Shown here piece by piece: positions 45,374 to 54,651 of a stretch of 64,000 nt of DNA. Each line of letters starts with the position of its first letter. The first letter of the stretch is position 1. The stretch is from positions 3,172-67,171 of IMG/VR virus record IMGVR_UViG_3300036852_000239; one strand, written 5' to 3'. Position numbers and translations under genes: made by a program. The notes beneath the pieces are model-generated. The model searched no databases. It was not told where the DNA came from and worked only from the letters and a program-made list of their open reading frames with translations. Source of the DNA: a virus.

Positions 45374-47332
45374 TTACGCAGCACCGAACACGGACAGGTC
45401 TCCGCCGTCGACACGGATCCGTTTGAGGATGTGAGGCCACATGGCCTCGATCAGGGGGTCCCAGGGGCTGCCGCTGGCTTGGCCCAAGCTGAGATTCACG
45501 ACCGGCCGGGCCACAATGGCGGAGCCGCCCATCGACGCCCCACCCGAAGCGCCCGACATCATGGCCCCGGTCTGCTTGTTGTTGTAGACGGTCGCGCCGC
45601 CGCCCGGATGCATCGACACGACCTCGACACCGTTCTCACCGACCGTGTACCACTTGCCCGGGTCCATCGGACCACCACCAGCGCGGCCGCCGCCGTAGCC
45701 GGAGGTGTCGCCCCCACGGGCACGGGCGCCTGCGGAGATGCTGCCAAGTAGGCGGTTAAGGTACTGGGCTCGGGCGATCGCCTCCAGTAGGCCGGGCGCC
45801 CGAACCTCGACATCCGTCTGTGCGGGTATCGCCTTCAGTGCGGCGATGAAATCGTCGACCTGCTCCTTGTTCAACCCCATCTGGTACGCGTGCTGACGCA
45901 GCCTCTCGATCATCTCGTCGTACGCGGTGTTGGCGGCGCCCATGTCGCCGGTCTTCTCGAAGATGTCCTTGCGGATTGCCTCGATGGCTTCCGCCTCGGC
46001 GCGCATGGCCGCCAGGTTCTCCCGGCCAGCTTCGTTGCGGATGTCGAGGCTCTTGCCGTTTTCCTGCACCGATTTGGTGAGGTTGTCGATGGATTCCTGA
46101 TAGTTGCTGGCCAGCTCCTGCGCGCCCAGGACCCGGTCGAACATCTTGTCCATCGCCTTGAGCTGGTCTTCGATGGCCTCGGTCGCAGTCTTGGTGATCT
46201 TCGCGACTTCTTCCTCGGCGCGGATGATCGACTGGATGCCGCCGCCGACGAAGTCTTTCGAGGCGTCGTTGGCTGCATCGATGGCGGCGACCTGGTCGCG
46301 GAAGTTCTGGCCCTGGTTCTTGATCGCATCGCCTGCGACGGGAAGCCAGCCGAACAGGGTCTCCATCGTGCCGGATATGGCGGCGCCGGTTCGTGAGGAC
46401 CATTCGAAGATGTCCCCGAGTGTGGCGAGCAGGTCGCCCGCGAACTCGATGGTGCCCTGGATGGCCTGGGAGATCGCGACGATCGCCATTACCGCCTGGT
46501 CGGGATCGTCGCTGATCTTGGTGAAGAAGTCCGAGACGGCTGCGCCGATCTTCGGCAGTTCGGCGCCGATGGCCCGGATGACCGGTTTCGCGGCGTCCAT
46601 GGCCTTGATGAATCCGGGCATGACCTCGCCGACGAATCCGGTCAGGCCTTTGGTCAGCGGCACCAGGGTCGGGGCGATCTTCGTGCCGGCTTCCTGGAAG
46701 TTCTTCGCCAGCCGGTCGCCCGCGTCATCGAGCAGTCGCAGGCTCTCGATCAGCGGCTCGACGAACGGGCCACCCGCATCCGTCAGTGCACTACCGACGT
46801 GGTCCGCGACGCGCTTCGCCTCGGCTTGGACCCGCTGATCCTGGGCTGCCGCGGCGATCCCACCGACGATCCCACCCGCACCCGCGGCGCCGATCACCGC
46901 GGCGGAGATGGCCGATCCGATGGCCGGCGCCAGGATGACGCCGATGCCCACCGCGGCAGCGATCGCCGGTCCGCGCAGTGCCATCAGCGACTTGGTCAGG
47001 CCCTCGCCGATCTTCTCCCCGGCATCGGTTCCGACCTTCACCGCCTCGGAAGCGATGGACTTACTTAGCCGCTCAAAGATCCGCAGGTTCGATTGTTCCT
47101 TGCGGATGGACTTGAGCAGGTCCATGTCGCCGGTCTCGTCGAACTGTTTGACCAGCTTCTTTACTTCAGCTTCGGTTTCCGAGATCTTTTTGGTAAGGAT
47201 GCCCGATTCCTTGGACACGCCCTCCAGCGAGTCGCCGAACTTGTCCGCCGCCTTCGCGTCGCGCAGCAACCCGCGCTCGACGCCCGAGTCGTGCAGATTG
47301 AGGTCGATGTTGACCGACTGACGAGTGGCCAT
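45374..47332 (-). CDS. Tape measure protein
   Basis: 652 aa Ala/Gly helical; C-terminal RAGGG...VGENGVE. Confidence 0.9.
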   Translation of the reverse strand: MATRQSVNIDLNLHDSGVERGLLRDAKAADKFGDSLEGVSKESGILTKKISETEAEVKKLVKQFDETGDMDLLKSIRKEQSNLRIFERLSKSIASEAVKVGTDAGEKIGEGLTKSLMALRGPAIAAAVGIGVILAPAIGSAISAAVIGAAGAGGIVGGIAAAAQDQRVQAEAKRVADHVGSALTDAGGPFVEPLIESLRLLDDAGDRLAKNFQEAGTKIAPTLVPLTKGLTGFVGEVMPGFIKAMDAAKPVIRAIGAELPKIGAAVSDFFTKISDDPDQAVMAIVAISQAIQGTIEFAGDLLATLGDIFEWSSRTGAAISGTMETLFGWLPVAGDAIKNQGQNFRDQVAAIDAANDASKDFVGGGIQSIIRAEEEVAKITKTATEAIEDQLKAMDKMFDRVLGAQELASNYQESIDNLTKSVQENGKSLDIRNEAGRENLAAMRAEAEAIEAIRKDIFEKTGDMGAANTAYDEMIERLRQHAYQMGLNKEQVDDFIAALKAIPAQTDVEVRAPGLLEAIARAQYLNRLLGSISAGARARGGDTSGYGGGRAGGGPMDPGKWYTVGENGVEVVSMHPGGGATVYNNKQTGAMMSGASGGASMGGSAIVARPVVNLSLGQASGSPWDPLIEAMWPHILKRIRVDGGDLSVFGAA

Positions 47333-47377
47333 GCGCGCGAGTCACCTCCCCCGATCGACGGACGGTGATCTCGTGAC

Positions 47378-47941
47378 ATGGGCCGCTACGGTGCGCGTGT
47401 GAGCAACGACAACATCACCCGCATCGGACCCGGCGTGCCCGTACGGCAGGAAAAGAAGACGCGCAGGTGGTTCGGGATCAAGCCGGAGTTCGTCATCGCC
47501 GCGGCGGTCATCATTGCGATGGGCATGATGATCACAGCTGTGGCTGTTTCCGGCACATTCGACCGAAGTCCAGCCGGAACCTTCATGATCGCCGGGCGGG
47601 TCCGGGTGTCCGGGTCCGGATCAAACCTCGCGTTCGGCAACAGCGTCGGCGACTGCCGCGGCAAGGCCGGGTTTGACGACCTCCACGAAGGCGCCCAGGT
47701 GGTCGTCGCAGACGCCGGCGGGAAGACGATTGCCATCGGCCAACTCGGACTCGGCGAGAGCGCGACCACGGACAACGGCATAACCGGCAGTGTCGTGCGG
47801 CTTGTGGCCTGCACGTTTCCCATCGAGGTACGCGATGTTCCCGAGGGGCAAGCCTTCTACCGGATCACGGTCACGCACCGGGGAACGCAGGAGTACACGA
47901 GAGGGCAACTCAGGCAACCGATCCACCTGACGCTGGGCTAG
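47378..47941 (+). CDS. Membrane-anchored extracellular protein (moron-like)
   Basis: TM plus C.G..GFDD...GAQVVV.D..G...CTF...DVP; inverted within the tail operon. Confidence 0.75.
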   Translation: MGRYGARVSNDNITRIGPGVPVRQEKKTRRWFGIKPEFVIAAAVIIAMGMMITAVAVSGTFDRSPAGTFMIAGRVRVSGSGSNLAFGNSVGDCRGKAGFDDLHEGAQVVVADAGGKTIAIGQLGLGESATTDNGITGSVVRLVACTFPIEVRDVPEGQAFYRITVTHRGTQEYTRGQLRQPIHLTLG

Positions 47942-48110
47942 CCGCCGCCTCCTTCTTGCCCCACTCGTTGAGGAAGGCGTCGATGACGCGCGGGCTCATC
48001 GCCCGCACGTCCAGGTAGCCCTGGCCGCACCTGGCCAGGGTTGGAGCGATCAGCGCGAGGCCTTCTTTGATCGAGCGCCCGCCGTAGACGGCGAGGAAGA
48101 GTCTGGGGGG
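47910..48110 (-). CDS. Tail assembly chaperone -1 frameshift extension (GT-like)
   Basis: Slippery C CCC CCA at 48104-48110; the -1 frame reads RLFLAVYG...LDVRAMSPRVIDAFL. Confidence 0.55.
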   Translation of the reverse strand, partial: PPRLFLAVYGGRSIKEGLALIAPTLARCGQGYLDVRAMSPRVIDAFLNEWGKKEAAASPASGGSVA

Positions 48111-48424
48111 CCGGCATCGCCGCCTTCCGCCGTCTCTTCCTTCCATTCGACCTTGCGGATTTTGATCCGGAACTCATGCAGGTCAGGGACCAGGAACCCG
48201 GCCATCCGGCAGGCCATCCATGCCTGCGACGCCTGCCACCGGATGGTGTTGCGGGGCTTGTCGTAGGCGTCGAGCACCGAGAACCAATTTCCTAGCCCGG
48301 CCTCGTATTCGGAGAGCACGACGGAGTCCAGGTCGTCCAGCTCGGCCTCGTCGAACCGAAGCCATTCCTTGGTGATCTCGTAGGTCTTTCGGTCCTCTTC
48401 GGACAATTTCAGCAGGACTGACAC
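48050..48424 (-). CDS. Tail assembly chaperone (G-like)
   Basis: Upstream of the tape measure; GAAGGG RBS. Confidence 0.7.
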   Translation of the reverse strand: MSVLLKLSEEDRKTYEITKEWLRFDEAELDDLDSVVLSEYEAGLGNWFSVLDAYDKPRNTIRWQASQAWMACRMAGFLVPDLHEFRIKIRKVEWKEETAEGGDAGPPDSSSPSTAGARSKKASR

Positions 48425-48556
48425 TGCTTGCCCTTCTTCCTGGGAGAGCGGGAGAGTTGACCGGCCCGCGACGACGCACTTTCCCAGGACGTCACGCGGG
48501 CCGGAGATATGCGAGCGCCCTGGGCCGGAAGGGGCTCCAGGGCTTCGGTTGAGGGG

Positions 48557-49027
48557 TCAAAGCCCGGTGATGTGCCGGGTGATCCGCTTGGCGGCGTTGT
48601 CCAGTTCCCGCACGGCCTTCGGCGTGGCGCGCTGGGCGGGTTCGGACATCCAGCCCGCTTTGATGCGCTGCCATGCGCTCGGCTTGTGCACCCATCTTCC
48701 CCAGAAGGGATGCTTGAGTCGTCCGCGCTCGAGCTCTTCGACTTGCCGGTCGTGTCCGCGGCGGCCATAGGCCCGCCCGGTCAGGGTTACTTTGCGGGTG
48801 GCGCCGCCCTTGTGGAGCTGAACTTTGATGATCAGCGCGCGCTTGAACACCTGCTCGTAGCCGCGAGGCATGTAGGTGTCGGTCGATGCGCGGATTTCCT
48901 TCTCGACGACGTTGCCGGCGTCGAGCATGGCCTTGTCCAACTCGCGATCCGTTGCCTTGGCGGCTTGGCGCAGGTTGCGGGCCAGTCGGTCGAGTTGTCG
49001 TTTGTCGACGTCGACCCGCAGCGCCAT
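48557..49027 (-). CDS. Neck/tail completion protein (HK97 gp10-like)
   Basis: Basic; ELERG..KHPFWG..W..Q...GW. Confidence 0.7.
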   Translation of the reverse strand: MALRVDVDKRQLDRLARNLRQAAKATDRELDKAMLDAGNVVEKEIRASTDTYMPRGYEQVFKRALIIKVQLHKGGATRKVTLTGRAYGRRGHDRQVEELERGRLKHPFWGRWVHKPSAWQRIKAGWMSEPAQRATPKAVRELDNAAKRITRHITGL

Positions 49028-49029
49028 GG

Positions 49030-49443
49030 CTAGGGGGTCACATCTCGCACAACTGCGCCGGTGATCGGGTATTGCAATTGCTTCTCCGCCAGGGTTCCGA
49101 CCCCGCCACCCATCTGCCACGCATTCGGCAACACGTTGAACTGATATTCCGGGTTGGTGGTGGCGATGGTGGTGTTCACCGGACGTGTGGCGACTGCGAC
49201 GGCCACGTTGGCGTCGAAGGCCGCCCAGATGGTGGCGTCGACTGAGCCGCTTGCGAAGTCGTCGTGCAGGTTCATCGTGAACGTGCCCGACTTGAGCCCG
49301 CCGGTGCTCTCGCGCCAACTGTCGCCGAACGCAGTCGAGTCGAGTGCGTCGGCGGACAGGGCAAGCTGGAAGTTCGTGCCGTGGTCGGACAGGTTGACGC
49401 TGTTGAAAACGCAGTACATGTTGAGCAAAGCCAAGACGCTCAA
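49030..49443 (-). CDS. Major tail (tube) protein
   Basis: DSTAFGDSWRESTGGLKSG, TNPEY, GGGVG...YPITG; TTG start. Confidence 0.8.
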   Translation of the reverse strand: MSVLALLNMYCVFNSVNLSDHGTNFQLALSADALDSTAFGDSWRESTGGLKSGTFTMNLHDDFASGSVDATIWAAFDANVAVAVATRPVNTTIATTNPEYQFNVLPNAWQMGGGVGTLAEKQLQYPITGAVVRDVTP

Positions 49444-49793
49444 GGCTTTTCCCCTTTCGTGGCCTGGTCCTGGATGTGGGATGCCTGGACCAGCCAGGCG
49501 GGGTAGTCGGTGATCTGCACGACAAGCGGCACGCAGCTGATCTGGTTGAGGGCGTAGTCGACGACGAGGCCGCCGGCGTTGTCCTTGACCATGCGGGTCA
49601 GGTGCAGCAGCAGGCGCTTGTCCTCGGCATTGGCGGTGATGACCAGCTCGGGACGGCAGTCGCGATACGGGATGCCGAGCGATTCCAGCCAGGCGCAGGC
49701 TTGTGCGCGTTGCTCGTCGGTGACGGGTTCGGCGCAGGTGTCGACGCGGGCGATCTTCCACAGTTCGCCGTACGGGGGTTCTATGTGGTTCAC
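49440..49793 (-). CDS. Hypothetical protein in tail module
   Basis: ACAWLESLGI; coupled on both sides. Confidence 0.6.
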   Translation of the reverse strand: MNHIEPPYGELWKIARVDTCAEPVTDEQRAQACAWLESLGIPYRDCRPELVITANAEDKRLLLHLTRMVKDNAGGLVVDYALNQISCVPLVVQITDYPAWLVQASHIQDQATKGEKP

Positions 49794-50542
49794 GGGTTGG
49801 TGGTCCGGATGGCGAGTGCGGAACCGATTACCCAAGATCCCGTGATGCTGCTGATGTTGATACGCCACCAGGTGTCGGTGATCGCGCCGGCCACGGGGGT
49901 CAGCCAAAATCCGGCCGCCGTGGTGATCGCGCCGCCGTTGAACGTCGCACGCGTGGTGGGGGTAGTGAAGCCGGAGTTGTCGTCGGACTCGACGATCGCC
50001 GTGATAGACGTGCCCGGGGTGCCGAAGGTGTGCAGCGTTCCGTAAAGACTTTGGGTGGAGCTGATCGCGCCGAGCTGGATGCCGGTGCCGGTCGCGCCAG
50101 TGGCGGAGACGGTGCCGTATTCCTTGAACAGCTTCCCGCGGATCTGCCCGATATTGCCGTCCGAGCCTTCGCCTTCCAGCTTGGCTTTGGACAGGTCGCC
50201 GACATCGCCGTCGAAGAACGTGATACTGGTGGGCAGTTTGCGCATGATGTGCGCGATTTCGCCCTCGGTTTCCTGCAACCCGGCGGTGACCACCTGCCCG
50301 CCGGTGCCCAGGTTGTTGAAGAACTCCGGATCCACGTCGTTGGCGCTGTCGCAGGACCAGAACCCGCCGGTCGACAACTGCGACTTCTTGAGCGTGTTCT
50401 TGTGCTCACGCCACCCACCGGAGCGCATGGTGGTCCGCTCGCGAGTTTCCGCCTCACACCGCAGCAGCATCTCTTCGGCGGAGCCGGTGAAATCCAACGG
50501 CCCCATGTAGACGAAGGCGTTGGTGAGCGCGAGAACTCCCAC
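49790..50542 (-). CDS. Tail-tube-like protein with C-terminal beta domain
   Basis: VLALTN...RTT..SGGWREHKNTLKK parallels the major tail protein. Confidence 0.7.
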   Translation of the reverse strand: MGVLALTNAFVYMGPLDFTGSAEEMLLRCEAETRERTTMRSGGWREHKNTLKKSQLSTGGFWSCDSANDVDPEFFNNLGTGGQVVTAGLQETEGEIAHIMRKLPTSITFFDGDVGDLSKAKLEGEGSDGNIGQIRGKLFKEYGTVSATGATGTGIQLGAISSTQSLYGTLHTFGTPGTSITAIVESDDNSGFTTPTTRATFNGGAITTAAGFWLTPVAGAITDTWWRINISSITGSWVIGSALAIRTTNP

Positions 50543-50543
50543 G

Positions 50544-50810
50544 TCAGGACTCCTGCTTGCCCTTGGCTGGCTCCTCCGGCAGCAGCTCGATCGCGCCGGA
50601 CTCGACCAGCGCCGAAATCAAGGTCCCGCCTGGCTTGCCGGGTTCGCCTGGGTCCAGGCGGACGATCCCGCCTTCGACGATGTCTTCCCGCGTGACCGCG
50701 TCACGGATGGCGAGCACGCCGACGACTTTGGCTCTGACGCAGCGGGCCTCGATGGCCTTCTTGCGCTCGGCGACCTGATCCGCCGTAGAGTGCACGACTT
50801 TGTTGGCCAC
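50544..50810 (-). CDS. Hypothetical structural-region protein
   Basis: AAGGAG RBS; ALVESGAIE. Confidence 0.6.
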   Translation of the reverse strand: MANKVVHSTADQVAERKKAIEARCVRAKVVGVLAIRDAVTREDIVEGGIVRLDPGEPGKPGGTLISALVESGAIELLPEEPAKGKQES

Positions 50811-50823
50811 TGGAACTCCTTTG

Positions 50824-51165
50824 CTACGGCACGACTTTGACGACACCGCAGGGCAGGATGGGCGCCTCTGGGGTGTCGGTGACCTTGACGAACATGTAGT
50901 AGGTGCCGGCCGCCAGCTCGACTGTTCCGCCAGGCCCGACAAGACACTGGGCCCGGTAGGTGGCCGGGGTGGTGGTGGAATCGGTGTCCCACGTGGCGGC
51001 TTTCCAGTCGGAGGCACCCGCCGCGGGTGCGATGTTCGTGGTGGGGAACGCCATGGCGACCGCGTTGCCGGTGGGGTTGACCGCGGCGCCGGACTCCCTG
51101 CCGGAGACCTGCGCCTGCAGGTAGTCCAGGGAGGTGACGCGGATGGTGATCGCCCGCAAGCTCAC
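50824..51165 (-). CDS. Ig-like virion protein
   Basis: CLVGPGG...LAAGTY..FVKVTD.PE.P. Confidence 0.65.
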   Translation of the reverse strand: MSLRAITIRVTSLDYLQAQVSGRESGAAVNPTGNAVAMAFPTTNIAPAAGASDWKAATWDTDSTTTPATYRAQCLVGPGGTVELAAGTYYMFVKVTDTPEAPILPCGVVKVVP

Positions 51166-51166
51166 G

Positions 51167-51367
51167 TCAGCCCCTCTCCGGTGGCCCTGCGCGCCACTTG
51201 ACTTCGGGAGACTCGGCGGCCCACTTGATCTCTGGTGGCCCGGCCGACCATTTCGCCTCGGGCGGCCCGGCCTTCCATGTCGCCGGGGTGCCAGCGGGTG
51301 GGGCGTCGAAGGTGCGGGAGTGCACGATGAGCGGGCGGTTGGGCATGGCCCGTCCGAGGCGCGCCAT
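51167..51367 (-). CDS. Small protein with four 9-aa W.A..P repeats
   Basis: WKAGPP / WSAGPP / WAAESP / WRAGPP. Confidence 0.55.
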   Translation of the reverse strand: MARLGRAMPNRPLIVHSRTFDAPPAGTPATWKAGPPEAKWSAGPPEIKWAAESPEVKWRAGPPERG

Positions 51368-51930
51368 CACCAACTCCCCGCGCGGACAACCGCTGCCGGA
51401 TTGGGCAGCAGGATGGTGGGACGTGCCGAGGCCGCCGCTTCAACGGTGATGTCGGCGAAGAAGTAGTCGCTGCTGGTGTTGGTCGGAGGGTCGGTGCGGG
51501 TGCCGCCGTTGCGGAACCGGCCTGTGGTTGCCGAGAGCACCCCTGTGCCGATGGGGAACGTGGTGGCGGGGCTGGTGTAGACGAAGTGCCCGTCGTCGCA
51601 GAACACGCCCTCCACGTAGGAGGTGGAGGCGGTCAGGCTCACGTTGCCTGGGGAGATGAAAAGCGCCGAGGTGAACGACATCCACGTGTTCGATGTCGGT
51701 GTGCCGTGGGCCGCATCGTTGAGGTCCGTCTCGGCCAGCAGCGCCCAGTCGGGTGTGCGCTGCCACAGCTGCCAGAAGAAGGTGGGCGGTCGTCCCGCCG
51801 CCGGCACCCACGCCCGGCCGCCAGCACAGTCCCGGTCGGCTGACGAGGTGAACTCCAGCCCGAAGAAGTGGGTGATGAAGTCGAGGTCGTCGGTGGCCGG
51901 TGTCTGGTTGGTGTACAGGGTGTCGGCCAC
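51367..51930 (-). CDS. DUF4082-like beta-sandwich virion protein
   Basis: TNQTP...GLEF...P.N....YFADI. Confidence 0.65.
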   Translation of the reverse strand: MADTLYTNQTPATDDLDFITHFFGLEFTSSADRDCAGGRAWVPAAGRPPTFFWQLWQRTPDWALLAETDLNDAAHGTPTSNTWMSFTSALFISPGNVSLTASTSYVEGVFCDDGHFVYTSPATTFPIGTGVLSATTGRFRNGGTRTDPPTNTSSDYFFADITVEAAASARPTILLPNPAAVVRAGSW

Positions 51931-51937
51931 GACGTGC

Positions 51938-52408
51938 TCAGCAGCGGGAGACTTTGAGAGTGGCCCGTACGTTGACCACTGCAGGCGCGGTGCACCGGAT
52001 CGCGAACCCTTCGGCTAGCGCGCAGTCCGGTTCGGTGCCCAGCGGGAAGTCGTAGACGATGGTGCCGCCGTTGGGGGTCAGCAGGATTTCCCGCATCACC
52101 GTAAGCGCGGTCGGTTCGGCCGACCAGTTCCGGGCGGCTGTGGCACCCACCGCGATCACCCGGCCCAGCTCCTGCGTCGGGGTGAGCGAGGTCGAGTTGG
52201 TGCCGGGGGAGTTGGTGGCCCACGTGCAGTAGCAGATCTCCACCAGCACCGGCACGGCCGAGGCGGTAACGCCGTCGAAGCCGATGTTGTATCCGGTCAG
52301 CAGCAGGCCCGAGTTGGCGTGCGCTTTCCAGCCGATGACAGTCTTCGCGGTGGCGGCCGACAGTGCGACCGCCGCGCTGGTGGAGGCCGTGTAGACGGGT
52401 GCGGGCAT
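51938..52408 (-). CDS. Virion structural protein; paralog of 44858-45364
   Basis: AKTVI...IGFDG...VEI...IRCTAP. Confidence 0.65.
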   Translation of the reverse strand: MPAPVYTASTSAAVALSAATAKTVIGWKAHANSGLLLTGYNIGFDGVTASAVPVLVEICYCTWATNSPGTNSTSLTPTQELGRVIAVGATAARNWSAEPTALTVMREILLTPNGGTIVYDFPLGTEPDCALAEGFAIRCTAPAVVNVRATLKVSRC

Positions 52409-52418
52409 CAGACCTCCA

Positions 52419-52874
52419 TCAGGTCAGGTAGGACAGGAGTCCGATGGTGAGGACGATGGATGATGTGGCGCCGTCGTCGTCGAGGCCGCCGCGCAGGTTG
52501 ACGTTGGCGACTTTGGCCAGCTTCAGGTCTGGAAGATCACCAAGTGTGGGGTTGGCGGCGATCCACTCGACGATCACGTCGGCGATCTCCACCGCCCTGG
52601 CGTCGCCTTCCTCGCGGGTGGCCTGGCCCGGCTTGTAGACCTTGACCTCGATGTTCATCGACAGGTTCTCGGTGCGAGGGGATCTGGCGTTGTTGCGCAT
52701 GGCGGCCAGGTCGGGTTCACCTTCGACATCTCCGACGCCTGCGACGGTCTCGCGTAGGACGTCGCGGGGCATGTCGTACTGGACATCCACGCCCTGCAAG
52801 CCGGGGAGTCCGGCCAGTAGGCCGTTCTTGCCCACCAGCCGCGCTTTGGCCGCGGCGGCGTTGGTGCCGCTCAC
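52419..52874 (-). CDS. Tail terminator-like protein
   Basis: Position and ANPTLG motif. Confidence 0.6.
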   Translation of the reverse strand: MSGTNAAAAKARLVGKNGLLAGLPGLQGVDVQYDMPRDVLRETVAGVGDVEGEPDLAAMRNNARSPRTENLSMNIEVKVYKPGQATREEGDARAVEIADVIVEWIAANPTLGDLPDLKLAKVANVNLRGGLDDDGATSSIVLTIGLLSYLT

Positions 52875-53857
52875 CGCAGATACCTCTGGTGGAACAGCGA
52901 GTACCGCTGCGGATGGTAGGTCAACGTCCGGGAGGCGGGTGCCCGTTTGGCGTTGGCGCCGGAGCCGTTGACCCGCCGCGAATACCTCGAGTAGACCGCG
53001 TCGACTTCAGGCAAGCCGGTCTTGAAGCTGTCGGGCATGTCCAGGCGGTAGGTGCCGAACTCGCCCATCGAGTAGGAGGTGGCCCGGTCGGGGATGCCCG
53101 ACTTGTTGAAGTTCAAGCGGCTGCGGAACCGGGTCAGGCAGGCCGGGATCAGGTCGGATGGTGGCCCGTCCAGGCCGTATTCGAACTCCACCACCACATT
53201 GGCGCGGCCTTCGGTGAACACATTCCCGTCGGTGCGCACCAGCGTCCCGTCCGAAAGCGGCGCCACACCAGCCAGCTCCGCTGCGGTGAAGTCGACGAAC
53301 GTCTCGTCCACATCCGGGGCCACGGAGATGCGCCTGATGGTGCGGATGTTGGCGATGGACCGGATCGGGTCGGACATCTTCAGGACCAGGTGGCTGGTGC
53401 CCGACCCATCGAGGACGACCCGCTCATACCTTGGGAAGAAGGCCTGGTCGCAGATGTTCTCAACCTCGACCTCAACCTCGGTGCGTTTCGTCTTCAGGTC
53501 GTCGGTCGTGTACCTCTCCGAGGAGGACAGGGACTCATCGGAGTCCCTGCCTTCCTTGAGGGAGAAGAAGAACGAGCTGACGATCTCGAAGTGGTCGGTT
53601 TCGGTGGTGGCGTTGCCGCCGATGGTGCCGGCCCAGGCGACCGTGCCGCGTTTGAGCTGCGACTGCGACGGCAGGGTGAACGTGTACCGCCCGGATCCCA
53701 CACCCGCCGAGCTGGCGTTGCCGGATGCCACCGAGGTTCCGTTCGCGTCGAGCACCGAATAGGTGACTGTGACGGATGAGTCGGTGGGGGTTTCGTCCAC
53801 CAGGAAGGTGTGACTCAGCGTTCCCGCCTGGCTTTTGAGGATCCGGGTCAGGCCCAC
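52871..53857 (-). CDS. Head-tail adaptor with N-terminal Ig-like domain
   Basis: VENICDQAFFPR, EYGLD.PP.D, TGLPEVD. Confidence 0.7.
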   Translation of the reverse strand: MGLTRILKSQAGTLSHTFLVDETPTDSSVTVTYSVLDANGTSVASGNASSAGVGSGRYTFTLPSQSQLKRGTVAWAGTIGGNATTETDHFEIVSSFFFSLKEGRDSDESLSSSERYTTDDLKTKRTEVEVEVENICDQAFFPRYERVVLDGSGTSHLVLKMSDPIRSIANIRTIRRISVAPDVDETFVDFTAAELAGVAPLSDGTLVRTDGNVFTEGRANVVVEFEYGLDGPPSDLIPACLTRFRSRLNFNKSGIPDRATSYSMGEFGTYRLDMPDSFKTGLPEVDAVYSRYSRRVNGSGANAKRAPASRTLTYHPQRYSLFHQRYLR

Positions 53858-53860
53858 GGG

Positions 53861-54145
53861 TCAGCCCACCCTCACGGAGCCCTCAACGGTGCCGGACACG
53901 ATGTCCACGTAGATGCCGTTCGCGACCTGGATTCCCGGCTCGTGCATCAGGCTCGCCGACCCGTTGGCCGCCAACGCCACCACGTCGAGCAGGGTGCCCG
54001 ACGCGGCGGAGGCGTTGTCGTAGACGCGGACAGCGGCTGTTGCACTGGCGGTCTCACGTAGGCAGATGCCGCGGTAGAGACCGTGCGTGGCGCGGATGAC
54101 CTGATCCGAGCCGGTGAGCGCGATCGCTGTCGCCCGCGCCGCCAT
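53861..54145 (-). CDS. Small virion protein
   Basis: YDNASAASG, GI....GIYV. Confidence 0.6.
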   Translation of the reverse strand: MAARATAIALTGSDQVIRATHGLYRGICLRETASATAAVRVYDNASAASGTLLDVVALAANGSASLMHEPGIQVANGIYVDIVSGTVEGSVRVG

Positions 54146-54148
54146 CGG

Positions 54149-54559
54149 TCAGACCCCGGACCACTGGTAGGTCACGACGATCAGACAGTTGGGGATAACC
54201 AACCCCGTGCCGCCGACCGTCTTGACGATGGTGATGGTGTCGTCGGCGGCGAGAACGAGGTTGGCCGCCGTGCCGGACAGGGTCATGCTCTCCGCCGTGA
54301 GCGCCACCGAGTTGGTGGCCGCCCACGAGCGGGTCGCCACCGTGGTCGCCGAGGCGCCCGCAGTGTGACGGGTCAGCGTGTAGACGGCGTTGTTGGTGCC
54401 GTCGGCGGTGATCGCGGCGGACGGGACGAGGGTCACGGACTGGACGGTGGCCTTGTACGGCGCCCGCCAAACGGGCAGGTTGCCGGTGGAGGCGGCGTTG
54501 CCGGTCGACTCGAGGTTCACCGCGACCGTCAGGTTGCCGCCCATTTCCTTGATCTGCAT
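54149..54559 (-). CDS. Capsid decoration-like protein
   Basis: Ala/Thr-rich; directly after the capsid gene. Confidence 0.6.
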   Translation of the reverse strand: MQIKEMGGNLTVAVNLESTGNAASTGNLPVWRAPYKATVQSVTLVPSAAITADGTNNAVYTLTRHTAGASATTVATRSWAATNSVALTAESMTLSGTAANLVLAADDTITIVKTVGGTGLVIPNCLIVVTYQWSGV

Positions 54560-54603
54560 GGGAAAACGTCTCCTTGATATGGCTGGAAGTCTGGGCCTGG
54601 AAA

Positions 54604-54638
54604 CGCCTCAGCCCGCCGACGTGGCGGGCTGAGAGGCG
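54604..54638 (-). terminator. Hairpin after the capsid gene
   Basis: CTCAGCCCGCC-GACGT-GGCGGGCTGAG. Confidence 0.65.
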
Positions 54639-54651
54639 CGATGGGCGGCGG

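Noticed and set aside
44093-45751. Long plus-strand ORFs (also 25403-26848, 32051-33229, 60209-61414)
   Set aside because: Antisense shadows of real minus-strand genes in high-GC DNA, with no recognisable motifs
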